A stretch of DNA of 64,000 nt from a virus. Shown here in pieces: positions 8,795 to 21,235 of this stretch; positions within the stretch are counted from its first letter, which is position 1; the number at the start of each line of letters is the position of its first letter. The stretch covers positions 32,001 to 96,000 of the IMG/VR virus record IMGVR_UViG_3300020472_001862. The stretch is one strand, 5' to 3'. The notes below the pieces were generated by a model, which saw only the letters and a list, made by a program, of their open reading frames with translations, was not told the origin of the DNA and did not search any database. The position numbers were made by a program, and so were the translations under genes.

Positions 8795-9901
8795 ATGCCG
8801 ATCAAGAGTTTAATAGGATCAGCTGCTGGAGCGCTTGGACTAGGCCGCAAGAAAAATAGCCCTCAAGTATATCTATATCCCCAAGAACTGGGAGATAAAA
8901 GATTTCCTAACATGGTTAAGTTCAACATCTTTGCTAAAAAGATTACAGCAGCTAAAGGACAAAGAGACTACGGCGATTTATCTGCTTCGGATATACAAAG
9001 TCGAGCTAATGAAAATAGATCCAAAGCAGAAAACTATGAGAAGATAACAAAAAGAGCAACCTTAATAGCAGGTACAGTAGGCAGTTATTATGCTGGGAAG
9101 GCCACTTCAGGAGATAATGTTAGTAAGTTTATGGAGATGGGTAAAGGTTTATTAGGCGGAGTAGTTGCTACAGGTGTTATGGCTGCTGTAGATGAAAATC
9201 AGGAAACAGTAAAATTAAAAGAATCAATATCTCTTTATGTACCTCAATCTATTATAGCAGCTTATACGGCGAATTGGGACGAAACAGATTTGGGTCCTTT
9301 CGCAGGTCAAATAGGAGCAGGTTCAGGTGGAATTACAGATATAATGAATACAGACGCAATGGAGCTTGGAGGAAGGGGAGCTATAGCAGCAGCTGCCAAT
9401 GTACCCTCAGCAGTAGGTGTAGGAGATTTTGATTTAGGTAATTTGTTTGAAGCGACAAGCAAAAAGATTGGTAACCCATACAAAGAACAATTATTTAAAT
9501 CAATGGGCTTTAGGCAGTTTTCATTTCAATATCAATTTTCTCCTAAAAACGAGAAAGAAGCAACAGAGGTTCAAGAGATTATTAGTTTATTTAAAGAAAA
9601 TATGCACCCAGATGTTAGTGAGGATGGCATGATGTTAATTTATCCTTCAGAGTTTTCTATAGAGTTTCATCATAGAACAAGTGATACTTCATCTGCAATA
9701 AACAAAAACTTACCTAAAATATCTTCATGTGCATTAAAAAATTGTAAGGTAACTTATGGCCCAGATGGAATGTTAAACACATTTAAAAATTCAGAAGGCA
9801 TGCCAACAGAAACAACTATGGAACTACAATTTGTAGAACTAGAAACTCTTACAAGTAAACGAATAAGAGAAGCCAGAGAAGAAGGCAAGGGAGAATTTTA
9901 A
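8795..9901 (+). CDS. gp48: Baseplate tail-tube cap
   Basis: NPYKEQLFKSMGFRQFSFQYQFSPKN..EA, YPSEF, FVELETLT. Confidence 0.9.
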   Translation: MPIKSLIGSAAGALGLGRKKNSPQVYLYPQELGDKRFPNMVKFNIFAKKITAAKGQRDYGDLSASDIQSRANENRSKAENYEKITKRATLIAGTVGSYYAGKATSGDNVSKFMEMGKGLLGGVVATGVMAAVDENQETVKLKESISLYVPQSIIAAYTANWDETDLGPFAGQIGAGSGGITDIMNTDAMELGGRGAIAAAANVPSAVGVGDFDLGNLFEATSKKIGNPYKEQLFKSMGFRQFSFQYQFSPKNEKEATEVQEIISLFKENMHPDVSEDGMMLIYPSEFSIEFHHRTSDTSSAINKNLPKISSCALKNCKVTYGPDGMLNTFKNSEGMPTETTMELQFVELETLTSKRIREAREEGKGEF

Positions 9902-10416
9902 TGTATTTCAAAGCACTACCCAGAATGGTTTATCCCTGGAAAGATAACGAAGGACAATTTAAAGGAGCCGTTGTACCTGATATTTTTCGTCGAGTACAAC
10001 TAGATAAATTTTTTAAGAATAGACAACTATTACTTAGTGACTGGGTAGAAGATGGGGACATGCCAGAACATGTAGCACACAAATACTATGGCTCTGTAGA
10101 GTATCATTGGATTGTATTATTATCTAATAATATTACTGATGTTAGAAAAGAATGGCCACTATCTCACAGAAGTTTAGTAGACTATGTTGAAGATAAGTAT
10201 GGCACAGGTAACGCATCGGCAGTACATCATTATATAGACAATACAACTAAATTAATCGTTGACTGGGATCAAGCAAAATTAAATGCAGGTACAATTTCAG
10301 GAGTTTCCAATTATGATTATGAAACAGAAGTTAATGATACCAAGAGGCAAATTACATTATTAAATAAAAAGTTTTTAAAGGACATCGTAACACAGTATAA
10401 AAAATTGGTGAAATAA
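9901..10416 (+). CDS. gp53: Baseplate wedge subunit
   Basis: MYF..LP, DGDMPEHVAHKYYG…WIVLLSNNI…EWP, N..KRQI.LL. Confidence 0.92.
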   Translation: MYFKALPRMVYPWKDNEGQFKGAVVPDIFRRVQLDKFFKNRQLLLSDWVEDGDMPEHVAHKYYGSVEYHWIVLLSNNITDVRKEWPLSHRSLVDYVEDKYGTGNASAVHHYIDNTTKLIVDWDQAKLNAGTISGVSNYDYETEVNDTKRQITLLNKKFLKDIVTQYKKLVK

Positions 10417-10420
10417 TATT

Positions 10421-11812
10421 ATGGCCGAGGAAGTTTTAATAAAGCCCGGTGATGTAACAATAGACGAACTGTTCATTACAGCACACGATGGCACAAACTA
10501 CAATCTTAAAGACGAAGGAATGTTCGCAGAAATTAACATATATGAGGATATATGGAATAAGTTTTTGACAGGAAACATTGCTCTTAAAGATGCTACCAAC
10601 TTTATAACAAACGCCCCTATAATGGGAGGCGAGTTAATAACAATAAAATTAAGAACTAATACCTTCGAGGATACACCAGATACAATTATAGATAAATCAT
10701 TTCAAATTTATTCAATTAAGAATAGAGCATTAAATAATGATAGGGAACAATTATACATGTTAAACTTTTGTTCTATAGAAATGATGTCAGATCAAACACA
10801 TACATTATCTCAAAGATATAAAGGCAATACTGAGGATATTATAAAAAACATATATGATAATTTTATAGTAGAAGCAAGACGTCCAATGGAAGGAACAGAC
10901 CCAACAGGTATTCTTATAGGAGATACACCTCATGTTTCCAATATAAACTTTATTGCAAACAACTGGACACCAGTACAAACTTTTGATTTTATGTCTAAAT
11001 ATATTAGAGGCAATAAACATGTAGGGGCAGATTTTATATTCTATGAGTCATCCAAACGATTTTATTTTACCTCATTACAAGCATTAATAAATGATGGTAA
11101 AGATAATGTTTTTGAGGAATATGTTTATTCTCCTTCGAATTTAAAAGTAGAACACAGGAGTTCAGGAGATAAGTTTATTGGTACTCCTTTGCCTTTACCC
11201 TGGTGTAAAATTGATGCTATGAAAATACCTAGAACTATAGACATTATAGATGGACAAGACTCAGGATACTATGCCCAAAGTGTAAGAGCATATGATATAT
11301 TTACAAAAGAAACTATAGCAGCTGAAATTGATGTTAGAAAAGATTTTAGTAAATTTGTTCATACTGATGATGGAACACCTGTACCTGAAGGAATAAAAAG
11401 AAATCCTAACTCAATGACAACATTAAAGGTATTGAATAGTGTAAACAATATGACACAAACAGCAAATATACCTGGCTCAAAATCAGGCAATTCTGATAGT
11501 GAAAATATTATAGGAGCAAGTTTATTTAGAGACAATTATTTTAATTCTTTCAAAGACTTTCAATTTGAAATAGATGTGCCTGGTAGGACAGATATAGAAT
11601 GTGGTAATATAATTTACATACAATATCCATCACCTAGATCTAAAACAGCAGATTTAAGTTTTGATGATATATACGATAAACAATTATCAGGCAAGTATAT
11701 TATTACAGCAATAAGACATAAAATAGATACAGTAGCTCATGTTATGAAAATGGAAATTATGAAAAATGGATTGCCTGAATCAATGGGTGAGCCGGAGAGT
11801 AGAGATGAGTAA
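10421..11812 (+). CDS. Baseplate hub protein (gp27-like position)
   Basis: INIYEDI, FIFYES, VPGR…G, SGKYIITAIRHKI; located between gp53 and gp5. Confidence 0.7.
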   Translation: MAEEVLIKPGDVTIDELFITAHDGTNYNLKDEGMFAEINIYEDIWNKFLTGNIALKDATNFITNAPIMGGELITIKLRTNTFEDTPDTIIDKSFQIYSIKNRALNNDREQLYMLNFCSIEMMSDQTHTLSQRYKGNTEDIIKNIYDNFIVEARRPMEGTDPTGILIGDTPHVSNINFIANNWTPVQTFDFMSKYIRGNKHVGADFIFYESSKRFYFTSLQALINDGKDNVFEEYVYSPSNLKVEHRSSGDKFIGTPLPLPWCKIDAMKIPRTIDIIDGQDSGYYAQSVRAYDIFTKETIAAEIDVRKDFSKFVHTDDGTPVPEGIKRNPNSMTTLKVLNSVNNMTQTANIPGSKSGNSDSENIIGASLFRDNYFNSFKDFQFEIDVPGRTDIECGNIIYIQYPSPRSKTADLSFDDIYDKQLSGKYIITAIRHKIDTVAHVMKMEIMKNGLPESMGEPESRDE

Positions 11813-13361
11813 ATTAAAAAATTATGGTAGATTAAATGTTCCAGATTTTGTCTGGTGGATAGGTGTTGTAGAATCAAGAGCTGATATTACAAAAACAGGA
11901 AGATACAGAGTTAGAATTATGGGGTATCATACTTCTGATACAGAAATACTTCCTACTAAAGACTTGCCTTATGCGCCTGTTATAAACGATCCTACAAATG
12001 CAAGTACATCTGGAATTATGGAAAACCCTAATCTATTACCTGGCTCAACAGTAATAGGATTTTTCTCTGATGGTGATGAAGCACAAATGCCTGTTATATT
12101 AGGTTCCATATCAGGACTCCCTGCAAAGAAAAACGAAGATATTTATGTAGAAGAAGGATTTAAAGACCCTACTAAAACATATCCTAGAGGAGGTTTTGAT
12201 GAGCCTCTTCAAGACGGATTAGCAGGAGCAGGAGAACCTGACATATCTAGACTTGCTAGAGATGAAGCAGCAGAAACACATTACACACTACAAACAAAAA
12301 GAGCTGAACGAGAAGTAGATATAAGAACAGCATCAGCTCCTTCAGTAGAAACAGATCAAATATTAGATGATAAAGAAGGCATAGATTACGAAGGACAAAA
12401 ATGGGAAGAACCTTATGCCAGAGGTAAAGGCCCATATAAAACATTTGAAATGGAAGAATTTACTCCTAAATATTGGGACGCTCTATCAGATCTAAAATCA
12501 GGAGGGACAGGTATTCCTAAAGAGCCAGGAACATATACTTCCATGTATCCTTATAATCAAGTTAGAGAAACAGAATCAGGATTTACTACAGAAATTGATA
12601 ACACAGCAGGCAACGAAAGATATGCTTGGTATCACCCTGTAGGAAATTTTGAGGAAGTACAAGCAGACGGAACAAGAGTAAATAAAATTAAAGGCTCTGA
12701 CTATGAGATTGTAGCAAAAGATAAAAATGTTCTTATAAGAGGTTCTTGCAATGTAACTATATTAGGCGATGCCAAAATGTTAGTATCAGGAAACAAATAT
12801 GAGGAAGTCGAAGGAGATTATTTCTTAACAGTTTTAGGAGACAGAGTTACAAAAATTAATGGTAACGATATTAAATCTGTTATAACAGATGAAAACACAT
12901 CTATAAAAGGAAACAGAACAGTTCGTGTAGCATTGGATGATACACAAACAATAGTAGGAAAACAAGAAGAAACGGTTGCTAAATCTAAGAGTGAGAAAGT
13001 AGGAGGCAATGTAACAGAAACATTTGCTGGAACACATAATACAGTGGTTTCTAAAACTAGATTTAATCAAATAGGAAGTCATAGCAATGTACAAGTAGGT
13101 GGCAACTTATCATTAGGAGCAGGTGGAACAAGCACATTGGCATCTCAAGGAGATCAAACAATAAGAACATTTGCAAACTTAGATATGGATGCAGATGTTT
13201 CAATGACTATTGATTCACCTACAATGTCTATAGATGGACCTGCAGGAAATATTACATCTAATAATGTAACATTACATACACATACACATGGACAAACAGG
13301 TGGTACCAACCCAGATTCAGATAAAGATGTAGATACAAAAGCACCTACATCAGGAACATAA
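11805..13361 (+). CDS. gp5: Baseplate central spike (no lysozyme domain)
   Basis: OB-fold FVWWIGVVE…GRYRVRIMGYH, YPYNQVRETESG, beta-helix repeats, C-terminal HTHTH. Confidence 0.9.
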   Translation: MSKLKNYGRLNVPDFVWWIGVVESRADITKTGRYRVRIMGYHTSDTEILPTKDLPYAPVINDPTNASTSGIMENPNLLPGSTVIGFFSDGDEAQMPVILGSISGLPAKKNEDIYVEEGFKDPTKTYPRGGFDEPLQDGLAGAGEPDISRLARDEAAETHYTLQTKRAEREVDIRTASAPSVETDQILDDKEGIDYEGQKWEEPYARGKGPYKTFEMEEFTPKYWDALSDLKSGGTGIPKEPGTYTSMYPYNQVRETESGFTTEIDNTAGNERYAWYHPVGNFEEVQADGTRVNKIKGSDYEIVAKDKNVLIRGSCNVTILGDAKMLVSGNKYEEVEGDYFLTVLGDRVTKINGNDIKSVITDENTSIKGNRTVRVALDDTQTIVGKQEETVAKSKSEKVGGNVTETFAGTHNTVVSKTRFNQIGSHSNVQVGGNLSLGAGGTSTLASQGDQTIRTFANLDMDADVSMTIDSPTMSIDGPAGNITSNNVTLHTHTHGQTGGTNPDSDKDVDTKAPTSGT

Positions 13362-13373
13362 TAGGAGGATAAA

Positions 13374-13979
13374 ATGAGTTGCGGATTATCAGAAGCAATG
13401 AAGGGAGCAGCAGATCAAGTAGATGCTTTAAACGAAAAATTTGATGCTGCAGTTATGAATTCACCAATAGGAGAATTAGGAAATATAGCAGAGAAGGCAG
13501 AGGCAGCAGCACAAGGTGTTATGGATAAATTAAATGATGCCATACCATCAATTAAACTTCCTAACTTGCCTTTTGATCAACTACCATTACAAGATCAATT
13601 TAAAGAGTTGGCAGCATTAACAGCATTGGGTATATTACAAGCGCCAAAAATAGCTCAACAACTTGAATTAATGAAAAGAAAGTATAAAGGTACTGATATA
13701 GACATAGATAATTTAGCACAACTATTAAGAAGCGGTGCAATGGATATAGATAAAATATGTAAACTAGTACCTAATGTAGACATGCAAGGTGTTAATGTAG
13801 AAGTCAAAGGTGTACCTACATCATTTCCAGACATCGATCCTGTGGCACTAATTAGAAAAGGTAAGTTACCAGACTCTCCTATTATAGACAAAGACTTTAT
13901 TCATTTAGATACACGGGTTGTTAGCAAAAAACAAGCTGATGATTTTTTAACTATAGAGCTACCATCCTTTGACTTTTAA
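13374..13979 (+). CDS. Hypothetical protein between gp5 and gp25
   Basis: 201-aa ORF with AGGAGG SD. Confidence 0.75.
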   Translation: MSCGLSEAMKGAADQVDALNEKFDAAVMNSPIGELGNIAEKAEAAAQGVMDKLNDAIPSIKLPNLPFDQLPLQDQFKELAALTALGILQAPKIAQQLELMKRKYKGTDIDIDNLAQLLRSGAMDIDKICKLVPNVDMQGVNVEVKGVPTSFPDIDPVALIRKGKLPDSPIIDKDFIHLDTRVVSKKQADDFLTIELPSFDF

Positions 13980-13980
13980 G

Positions 13981-13988
13981 TATAAATA
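13981..13988 (+). promoter_or_regulatory. T4 late promoter for gp25
   Basis: Exact TATAAATA 5 nt before ATG 13994. Confidence 0.85.
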
Positions 13989-13993
13989 CTAAT

Positions 13994-14398
13994 ATGGCCG
14001 TTCAAAGACAAAAAATAACTAGACTATATAAAGATTTCGATCTAGCCTTCGGTAAAAATGCAATAACGGGTGATATTAATAAAAAGCTAGATGTAAATGC
14101 TGTTAAACAGTCAATGAAGAATTTAATATTAACTGAGCTTATGGAAAGACCTTTCCAACCAGACTTGGGTTCTGCTTTAGCTGGTTTGTTATTTGAAAAT
14201 GCTACAATGTTTACAACAGAAAGAATCAAAGTAACAATAGAAACATTATTAGAAAACTTTGAAAGACGTGCAAAAATTAATAGTATAGATGTAGAACCTA
14301 ATATTGATAATAATAGGTATGATGTATCAATTAATTTTTATGTTATAGGTATTAACGAGCCACAAGAATTAGAAGTCAAACTAGAGAGAATACGATAA
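13994..14398 (+). CDS. gp25: Baseplate wedge subunit
   Basis: YKDFDL.F, AVKQS.KNL.LT…ERPFQP.LGS, LERIR end. Confidence 0.95.
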   Translation: MAVQRQKITRLYKDFDLAFGKNAITGDINKKLDVNAVKQSMKNLILTELMERPFQPDLGSALAGLLFENATMFTTERIKVTIETLLENFERRAKINSIDVEPNIDNNRYDVSINFYVIGINEPQELEVKLERIR

Positions 14399-16302
14399 TG
14401 GCACAATTAAATTTAACAGAATTAGACTTTGAAGATATAAAAACTAATCTAAAAGCTTATCTGAAATCACAAAGTGAATTTTCAGACTATAACTTTGAAG
14501 GGTCAGGCTTAGCAACACTAATAGATTTGTTAGCATACAATACACATTATAATGGTATGTTAGCACACATGGTTTCAAATGAAAACTTTATTGATACTGC
14601 TGTAAAAAGAGAATCAGTAGTATCTATTGCAAAGGCACTAGGATATACCCCGAGATCATATTTAGGAGCAACTGCAACAGTAACAGCTACAGTAACACCA
14701 CCCACATCTTTTACAGATACAACCTTAGAACTTAGTAGAGATACTGCTTTTACATCTGCTATAGGAGGCGTAACATATAATTTTTATCCTTTAGAAAGTG
14801 TAACAGCCTCAGCACAAGTTATGGACGGTGTAACAAAATTTGTTTTTACAGACTTATTATTAAAAGAGGGTGTAAGAACATCAAACTCATTCACAGTAGA
14901 GGCAGCAAATCCTCAAGGTCCTTATATTATTCCTAATAGAAGTGTTGATGCTTCTACAATAAGAGCTAGAGTACAAACATCTTTAGGAGACACTTCACTA
15001 ACTACATGGAATAAATCTACAACAATATTAGATGTTAAAAAAGATAGTAGAGTATATTGGTTAGAAGAAGGAATAGATGGATTAACACAATTAAGATTTG
15101 GAGATGGTGTGCTAGGAACAAAACTTGCTGTGGACAATATTCTTTCAGTAGATTATATTGCAAGTTCAGGCACAACACCCAATGGAGCCAAAACATTTAA
15201 TGTAGCTGGGATAGTATCATCATCAGGCGAAACTGTTTCTGTTGCTACTTCTAGTCCAGCATCAGGAGGCAACATCCAGGAAACAGTAGATGAGATTAGA
15301 TTTAACGCACCAAGATTAAATGCTACAAGAGATAGAGCAGTTACAGAATCAGATTACAAATCATTAATATTACAAAGTAACTCTAATATACAATCGGTAG
15401 CAGTTTGGGGAGGAGAGAAAAACGATCCTCCTATATATGGTAAAGTATTCATTTCATTAAATCCTGTCGAAGGACAAATTATAACAGACCAGGATAAAGA
15501 TAATATTAAGAATAGTATTATTGATCCTAAAACACCTGTAGCTATTACACCTGAATTTGTAGATCCAGAATACACATACTTACAACTAGAAGTTATATCT
15601 ACATATGATCCTAAGATTACAGGATTAACAAAGGGTGAAATAGAAACAGCAATTAAATTACAAATAGACAACTATTTTACAAACTACTTAAACAAGTTAA
15701 ATAAAAGTTTTTATTATAGTAGACTACACGATTTAATTAATGCACAAACACCTGCTATTATATCTACAAACATACAAATAGGATTACAAAAAAGAGTTAA
15801 GGTTACATTAAATAGTGACTTTAACTATACGGTTAAGTTTAATCAAAAACTTAATCCTAGAGAATTATCAAGTACATTTTTTAACTTGGAAACATCGGGC
15901 TCAATTACCAAAGTATCTTTATCCGATGTTCCAGCATCAACAGTAGTTGCACCATTATATAGTGGAACAGGAGTAGTTAACGCAGTAGGAATAGACGGTT
16001 CAATTATTAAGGCAGTAGGAACAATTAACTACGATACAGGAACAGTAGAATTGCCTGCAATGAAGATTACAAGTTTATTAGGAACAGAAACAAATTTAAG
16101 AATTAATGTAAAACCTCATGACAGTATTAAAGACATTACAACACAAGCTCTAATTAGAACATCTGATACAAGTACAGCAGCAGTAATTGCAAAACCTTCT
16201 CGTAATACAGTTTTATCTAAAGATGATAGTGTTTTAAATTCTACAATTAATACAACATCAGGTATAAAAATAACAGCTACTAAAGAAGTCGAAGAAGTTT
16301 AA
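14398..16302 (+). CDS. gp6: Baseplate wedge subunit
   Basis: LDFEDIK.NL..YL, DYNFEGS, FGDG, RAVT..DY, WGGE…P.YGKVFIS. Confidence 0.95.
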   Translation: MAQLNLTELDFEDIKTNLKAYLKSQSEFSDYNFEGSGLATLIDLLAYNTHYNGMLAHMVSNENFIDTAVKRESVVSIAKALGYTPRSYLGATATVTATVTPPTSFTDTTLELSRDTAFTSAIGGVTYNFYPLESVTASAQVMDGVTKFVFTDLLLKEGVRTSNSFTVEAANPQGPYIIPNRSVDASTIRARVQTSLGDTSLTTWNKSTTILDVKKDSRVYWLEEGIDGLTQLRFGDGVLGTKLAVDNILSVDYIASSGTTPNGAKTFNVAGIVSSSGETVSVATSSPASGGNIQETVDEIRFNAPRLNATRDRAVTESDYKSLILQSNSNIQSVAVWGGEKNDPPIYGKVFISLNPVEGQIITDQDKDNIKNSIIDPKTPVAITPEFVDPEYTYLQLEVISTYDPKITGLTKGEIETAIKLQIDNYFTNYLNKLNKSFYYSRLHDLINAQTPAIISTNIQIGLQKRVKVTLNSDFNYTVKFNQKLNPRELSSTFFNLETSGSITKVSLSDVPASTVVAPLYSGTGVVNAVGIDGSIIKAVGTINYDTGTVELPAMKITSLLGTETNLRINVKPHDSIKDITTQALIRTSDTSTAAVIAKPSRNTVLSKDDSVLNSTINTTSGIKITATKEVEEV

Positions 16303-19169
16303 TGGCAGATTATATTCCATCATATTATAGATATGTATCATCTATAACAGTTACAGCCGGAGGTACGGGGTATAATAATGCTCCTACAGTTACCTTAACC
16401 GGCGGTGATGGAACGGGCGCAACAGCAACTGCAACAATATTCAGTGGATCAATAACAGGCTTTGTTATTACAAACAAAGGCACCGGCTATAATACTGCAC
16501 CCACAGTTACAATAACACCTCACGCTAGCGATACAACAGCAACAGGAGCAGCAGGTACAGCAGTATTAGACGCAGCTCAAGGAGCTTCTAGTTTAGAAAT
16601 AACAAATAACAGTTTTTTAATTAAGGAACAGGTACCTCAATATATTAGAACAGAGTATCCTGTATTCGTTACATTCCTAGAAAAGTATTATGCTTTTATG
16701 GACGCCAATTATGGTGAGCCTAATAATTATGTTTCAGATATAGATTATGCCCAGGAAGCATTCTTAGATAAATGGCGCGGAGCATTAGTATCAGATTTTC
16801 CTAAACTATTAAGCGCAGATAAATCCTTCTTTTATAAAAGAGCAAAAGATTTTTATGAATCTAAAGGCAGTAAAAGATCTATAGAAGCTTGGTTTAGAGT
16901 ATTATTTAATGAAAATGTAGAAGTATTATATCCTTATCAATATGTACTTAAACCTTCAGACGGCATCTATAATGTAGAAACAGCCGTTAAGATTCAAGAA
17001 GCAGAACATGGTGGAGGCAGTTTAGAACCACTTACATTAGAAGGTAAAAAGATTGATCTTAGATATAAAGAAACAACAGGTACAGTTTCAATCACAAAAA
17101 CTGTTAATGCTAGTGTAAGAAGAGTAGAAAAGAACACATACCAAACAAATGGATTAACCTTACAAAGATTTGAATTAATCTTAGCATTCGATGATGCCGG
17201 CGTAACAACTATTGAAGGACCAGGAGCAGGAGCAACTTTTACTGCTGCAGTTTCAGGAGGAGCAATAACAGGCATTACAGTTGATACTGCAGGATCAGGT
17301 TATAACGCAGCACCTCCCGTACAAATTTTCCCAGCTTCAGGAGATACAATAACAACACAAGCAACAGCACATGCTTTAGTAGCTGATGGAAAAATTACAA
17401 GTATTGTTATAGACAATGCAGGAGCAGGATATACAAGTGCTCCAACAATAGAATTAGATTTAGAATCTATTAAATCCTATGTTGTAGATGACGGTGCAGC
17501 AAACAACGACTCAGATATATATGGTTATATTGTTAGAGTATTAACAGGTGTATCATTTAAATCTTACACAGGCTCAGCAGCTAACGCAGGATTTAAAGTA
17601 GGACAGATATTTGCTATAAACGAAACAGGAGATGACGGAAAAGCATACGCCATCTCAGGTTATTTTGCTGAGGACTATACATTTATAGGTGGCTCTAATG
17701 ATGCCTATATAAGAGTAACAGCTGTAACAACATCAGGCCTTCCATCAGCATTTACCGTTGTAAATCCAGGATCAACATTCCTTAAAGATACAGCGGACAT
17801 ACAAATTACCTCTCCCTCAGGAGAGACATGTACTATTACATTAACAACAGGATATCTATTTTCATACGAAGGTAAATATAAAAACGACCAAGGTAAATTA
17901 TCCGATGTTAATGTACTGGCAGACAACAAACGATACCAACCATTCTCTTATGTAATTAAATCGGGTATTGCACAAACAACTTGGAATAGAGCTTTACGAG
18001 ATACAGTTCACCCTTCAGGTATGGAAGTGTTTGGAGATTTAATTGTTAAAAGTGAGATAGACTTTAATGTAGAATTTAGTGTTGAATCTACAGGATACAC
18101 ATTCTACATATTTGATGCCGATGATCTAGTAACGACAGTTGAAACTGTTGGTATATTAGTAGAGAAAGCGTTATCAGAAACACCAACAGTAACAGAAAAT
18201 CATGGAATACATTTTGTTCCTGCAGGTAAGACAGATACTACACTTGCTACAGACCAAGGATCTAATCCTTATGTTGTAAGTGGGTATTGGAATGATGATA
18301 GTGATGGTATATCATCAGACAATTATAATATTGGAGACGAACAATTTATTCTAGATGTTTCTAAAGCGTTCGTGGAGACACTAACTGTTTCTGATAGTGT
18401 TGCAGAAGATGCAATAGATATTAGTTTTGTTAGAGCATTTACTGATTCAACAACATCAGTTTTAGATACTCCAGCCAAACACTTTACTAAATCATTCTTA
18501 GAAGCATTTAATAATACATATTGGACACCAGCAAATGGCACAAATGCCTATACAAACGATTTGGCTGATAATGGTGACAATCAATATTATGTGGCAACAA
18601 GTTTAGGATCAGTAACAGTTACAGAATCTATTGATGTAGAAAGAATATTAGGTATTCCAGGACTAGATGAGACAGTATCAGTAACCGAGGTTGCCCAAAT
18701 AAATACATCATTTAATAGAGCTCTAAGTGATACTGGTACAGCACAAGATCCTACTTTTGTAGTAGATCTAAGTGTTTCTTATACTGATACAACATCTAAC
18801 ACAGATACAAGTGTAGTATCAGTATCCAAAGTATTAGCTAATTCAATAACAGTTACAGAAGCTGTGGTATTAGCATACTTCAACAATGTAACAGAGTCCA
18901 TAACAGTAAGTGATTCTGATACATTACAAATAAATAAACCAGTTTCTGAATCTTTAACAGGATCGGAAGCGATAAACAGTATAAATACAAGTAAAGGTAT
19001 AACAGAAAACACCTCAGGTGTTGCAGAATCCTTAGCTAATGCACTTAACAAACCAGCAGTAGCTGATAGTGCAGGAGCTACAGACACAGGTATAGGATCA
19101 ATGCAAGATTATGCAGATCCCTCATATCTTTCAGAGGATTATGTAGGAACCGGTTGGAACTTTACATAA
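16302..19169 (+). CDS. gp7: Baseplate wedge initiator (gp7-like) with inserted GxGY domains and a repetitive C-terminus
   Basis: [42 protein letters not shown]. Confidence 0.75.
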   Translation: MADYIPSYYRYVSSITVTAGGTGYNNAPTVTLTGGDGTGATATATIFSGSITGFVITNKGTGYNTAPTVTITPHASDTTATGAAGTAVLDAAQGASSLEITNNSFLIKEQVPQYIRTEYPVFVTFLEKYYAFMDANYGEPNNYVSDIDYAQEAFLDKWRGALVSDFPKLLSADKSFFYKRAKDFYESKGSKRSIEAWFRVLFNENVEVLYPYQYVLKPSDGIYNVETAVKIQEAEHGGGSLEPLTLEGKKIDLRYKETTGTVSITKTVNASVRRVEKNTYQTNGLTLQRFELILAFDDAGVTTIEGPGAGATFTAAVSGGAITGITVDTAGSGYNAAPPVQIFPASGDTITTQATAHALVADGKITSIVIDNAGAGYTSAPTIELDLESIKSYVVDDGAANNDSDIYGYIVRVLTGVSFKSYTGSAANAGFKVGQIFAINETGDDGKAYAISGYFAEDYTFIGGSNDAYIRVTAVTTSGLPSAFTVVNPGSTFLKDTADIQITSPSGETCTITLTTGYLFSYEGKYKNDQGKLSDVNVLADNKRYQPFSYVIKSGIAQTTWNRALRDTVHPSGMEVFGDLIVKSEIDFNVEFSVESTGYTFYIFDADDLVTTVETVGILVEKALSETPTVTENHGIHFVPAGKTDTTLATDQGSNPYVVSGYWNDDSDGISSDNYNIGDEQFILDVSKAFVETLTVSDSVAEDAIDISFVRAFTDSTTSVLDTPAKHFTKSFLEAFNNTYWTPANGTNAYTNDLADNGDNQYYVATSLGSVTVTESIDVERILGIPGLDETVSVTEVAQINTSFNRALSDTGTAQDPTFVVDLSVSYTDTTSNTDTSVVSVSKVLANSITVTEAVVLAYFNNVTESITVSDSDTLQINKPVSESLTGSEAINSINTSKGITENTSGVAESLANALNKPAVADSAGATDTGIGSMQDYADPSYLSEDYVGTGWNFT

Positions 19170-19192
19170 GATAAACATATTAGGAGAAGAAA

Positions 19193-19636
19193 ATGTTTAA
19201 AAATGATAAATCAGAAGCTACAGGTAAGCTTACTATTGAAATCAAAAACCCTCAGGGTAAAGTAGTCGAAACAAGGGAAGTAAAAAACCTTGTTGTTGAC
19301 GACGGCCTTGAATTTATTGCGTCCAGAATGAAGGACACAACATCAACAGCTATGTCTCATATGGCTATTGGAACAGGATCTACAGCAGCAGCTGCTGCTG
19401 ATACAGCTCTTGGAACAGAAGCAGCTAGACAAGGACTAACATCTACAACTGTTACAGCAAACGCTGTAGCGTATGTTGCATCTTTTGCAGCAGGAACAGG
19501 TACAGGCGCTATAACAGAAGCAGGTATTTTAAATGCCAGTTCTGGTGGATCTCTACTTTGTAGAACAGTCTTTAGTGTTGTCAATAAAGGGGCTTCAGAC
19601 TCAATGACAATTACTTGGACAGTAACAATATCGTAA
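19193..19636 (+). CDS. Virion structural protein (baseplate/fibre associated)
   Basis: KNLVV..G, MAIGTG, AITEAGILN, LLCRTVFSVVNKG. Confidence 0.7.
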   Translation: MFKNDKSEATGKLTIEIKNPQGKVVETREVKNLVVDDGLEFIASRMKDTTSTAMSHMAIGTGSTAAAAADTALGTEAARQGLTSTTVTANAVAYVASFAAGTGTGAITEAGILNASSGGSLLCRTVFSVVNKGASDSMTITWTVTIS

Positions 19637-19645
19637 GGTAAATAG

Positions 19646-21232
19646 ATGGCTCTAGTACTTCGAAGACTAGGTAGGGTTGAATTAGCAAGGACATTCCATA
19701 GAGATGTTCGTAATAACAACGACTACTTTCATTTTGCAGTAGGCAGAACAGAGGCTTGGACAGATGAGACAAGCCCTGAATTGCCTATTGACAATGATTC
19801 TTATGTCTCGAATTTTAGAAGGAGCATGATGTTTACACAACGGATTGATTCTGCAGATGTTTGTTTACTAGCTAAACGAACAAATTGGCAAACCGGCACC
19901 GTATATGATGAGTATGATGATGCTTATACATCAACTAACCAATCATATTCTGGTGCCTCCAATTTAGCAGATGCTAACTTCTTTATAATGACTGATGAAT
20001 TTAAAGTATATAAATGTATTAGTAATAATAAAAATGGAGCTAGCACAGTTAAGCCTACAAGTACAGGAACATCTGTATTTGAACTATCCGATAACTACAA
20101 TTGGAAATTTATGTTCCAAATCTCAGCATCAGATCAAAATAAATTCTTAGATGCAGATTATATTCCTGTAAGAAAACTAACAGGTAATCCTACACATGAT
20201 GTTACAGGAGAAGTAGACAGTATTACAATAACAGCAGGTGGAACAGGTTATACCAGTGTTCCTACAGTAGTAATACAAGGCGATGGAGATGGCTTAGCAT
20301 CTGGTACAGCAACTATATCAGGCGGAGCAGTAACAGGAGTTACAATAACAGCTTCTGGCTCAGGTTATAGTTTTGCTTTTGTAACTTTCACAGGCGGTGG
20401 CGGTTCTAACGCAGCAGGTACAGTTAATTTAGGAGACGCAGACGCTCTACCTACATTACAAAGTGCTGTAGAAGGAGCAGCAGTTAGCGGAACTTTAGAT
20501 AGAGTTATTGTAACAGCAGCAGGACAGGACTATGCAGCAAGTGATGTTCAAGTTACAGTAGAGGGGGACGGAACAGGAGCAGAAGCAAGTGCTTATGTTA
20601 ACGCAGCAACAGGTTCCCTTACGAAAATAAGAGTAACAAATCCTGGTTCAGGTTATTCTTATGCAGACATAAAAATTACAAACACAGCAGCACCAGGAAC
20701 AGGAGCAACAGCTAGGGCTATTGTATCACCTCAAGGTGGACATGGTTCAAATGCAGTCAGAGAATTATTTGCTCATAATGTAGGCGTAACAGTTTCATTC
20801 TCAGACAACGATAATAGAGATTTAATATTAGGCAATGACTTTAGACAGATTGCTTTAATAAAAAATGTTAAAACACCAGCGGGTGTAACATATACAACAA
20901 ATACAGCTACAACATGTCATATAATTAATGTGGCGACAGTAGCAGATTATGCAGTAGATGATATCATCACCACAGATGATGGTGGCTCATTTACTGTTAT
21001 ACAAATAGATACAACAAACAAAAACATATATTTAACATCTACAAATCCGGCAATCACAGTTAATTCAACATTAACAAATACCACTCAAAGTAAGAGTAGT
21101 TTGAGTATAAATAGTTTAACAGATCCAGAAGTTGATAACGCTACAGGAGAGGTTATTTACTTAGATAATAGATCGCCAATTATTAGATCGGCGGACCAAG
21201 TAGAACAAATAAAGGCATTGATTAGGTTTTAA
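19646..21232 (+). CDS. gp8: Baseplate wedge subunit
   Basis: VYKCISN, Y.WKFM, P.GGHG, DFRQIAL..N, GEVIYLDNR.PI.R..DQ.E.IK…F. Confidence 0.9.
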   Translation: MALVLRRLGRVELARTFHRDVRNNNDYFHFAVGRTEAWTDETSPELPIDNDSYVSNFRRSMMFTQRIDSADVCLLAKRTNWQTGTVYDEYDDAYTSTNQSYSGASNLADANFFIMTDEFKVYKCISNNKNGASTVKPTSTGTSVFELSDNYNWKFMFQISASDQNKFLDADYIPVRKLTGNPTHDVTGEVDSITITAGGTGYTSVPTVVIQGDGDGLASGTATISGGAVTGVTITASGSGYSFAFVTFTGGGGSNAAGTVNLGDADALPTLQSAVEGAAVSGTLDRVIVTAAGQDYAASDVQVTVEGDGTGAEASAYVNAATGSLTKIRVTNPGSGYSYADIKITNTAAPGTGATARAIVSPQGGHGSNAVRELFAHNVGVTVSFSDNDNRDLILGNDFRQIALIKNVKTPAGVTYTTNTATTCHIINVATVADYAVDDIITTDDGGSFTVIQIDTTNKNIYLTSTNPAITVNSTLTNTTQSKSSLSINSLTDPEVDNATGEVIYLDNRSPIIRSADQVEQIKALIRF

Positions 21233-21235
21233 CAA

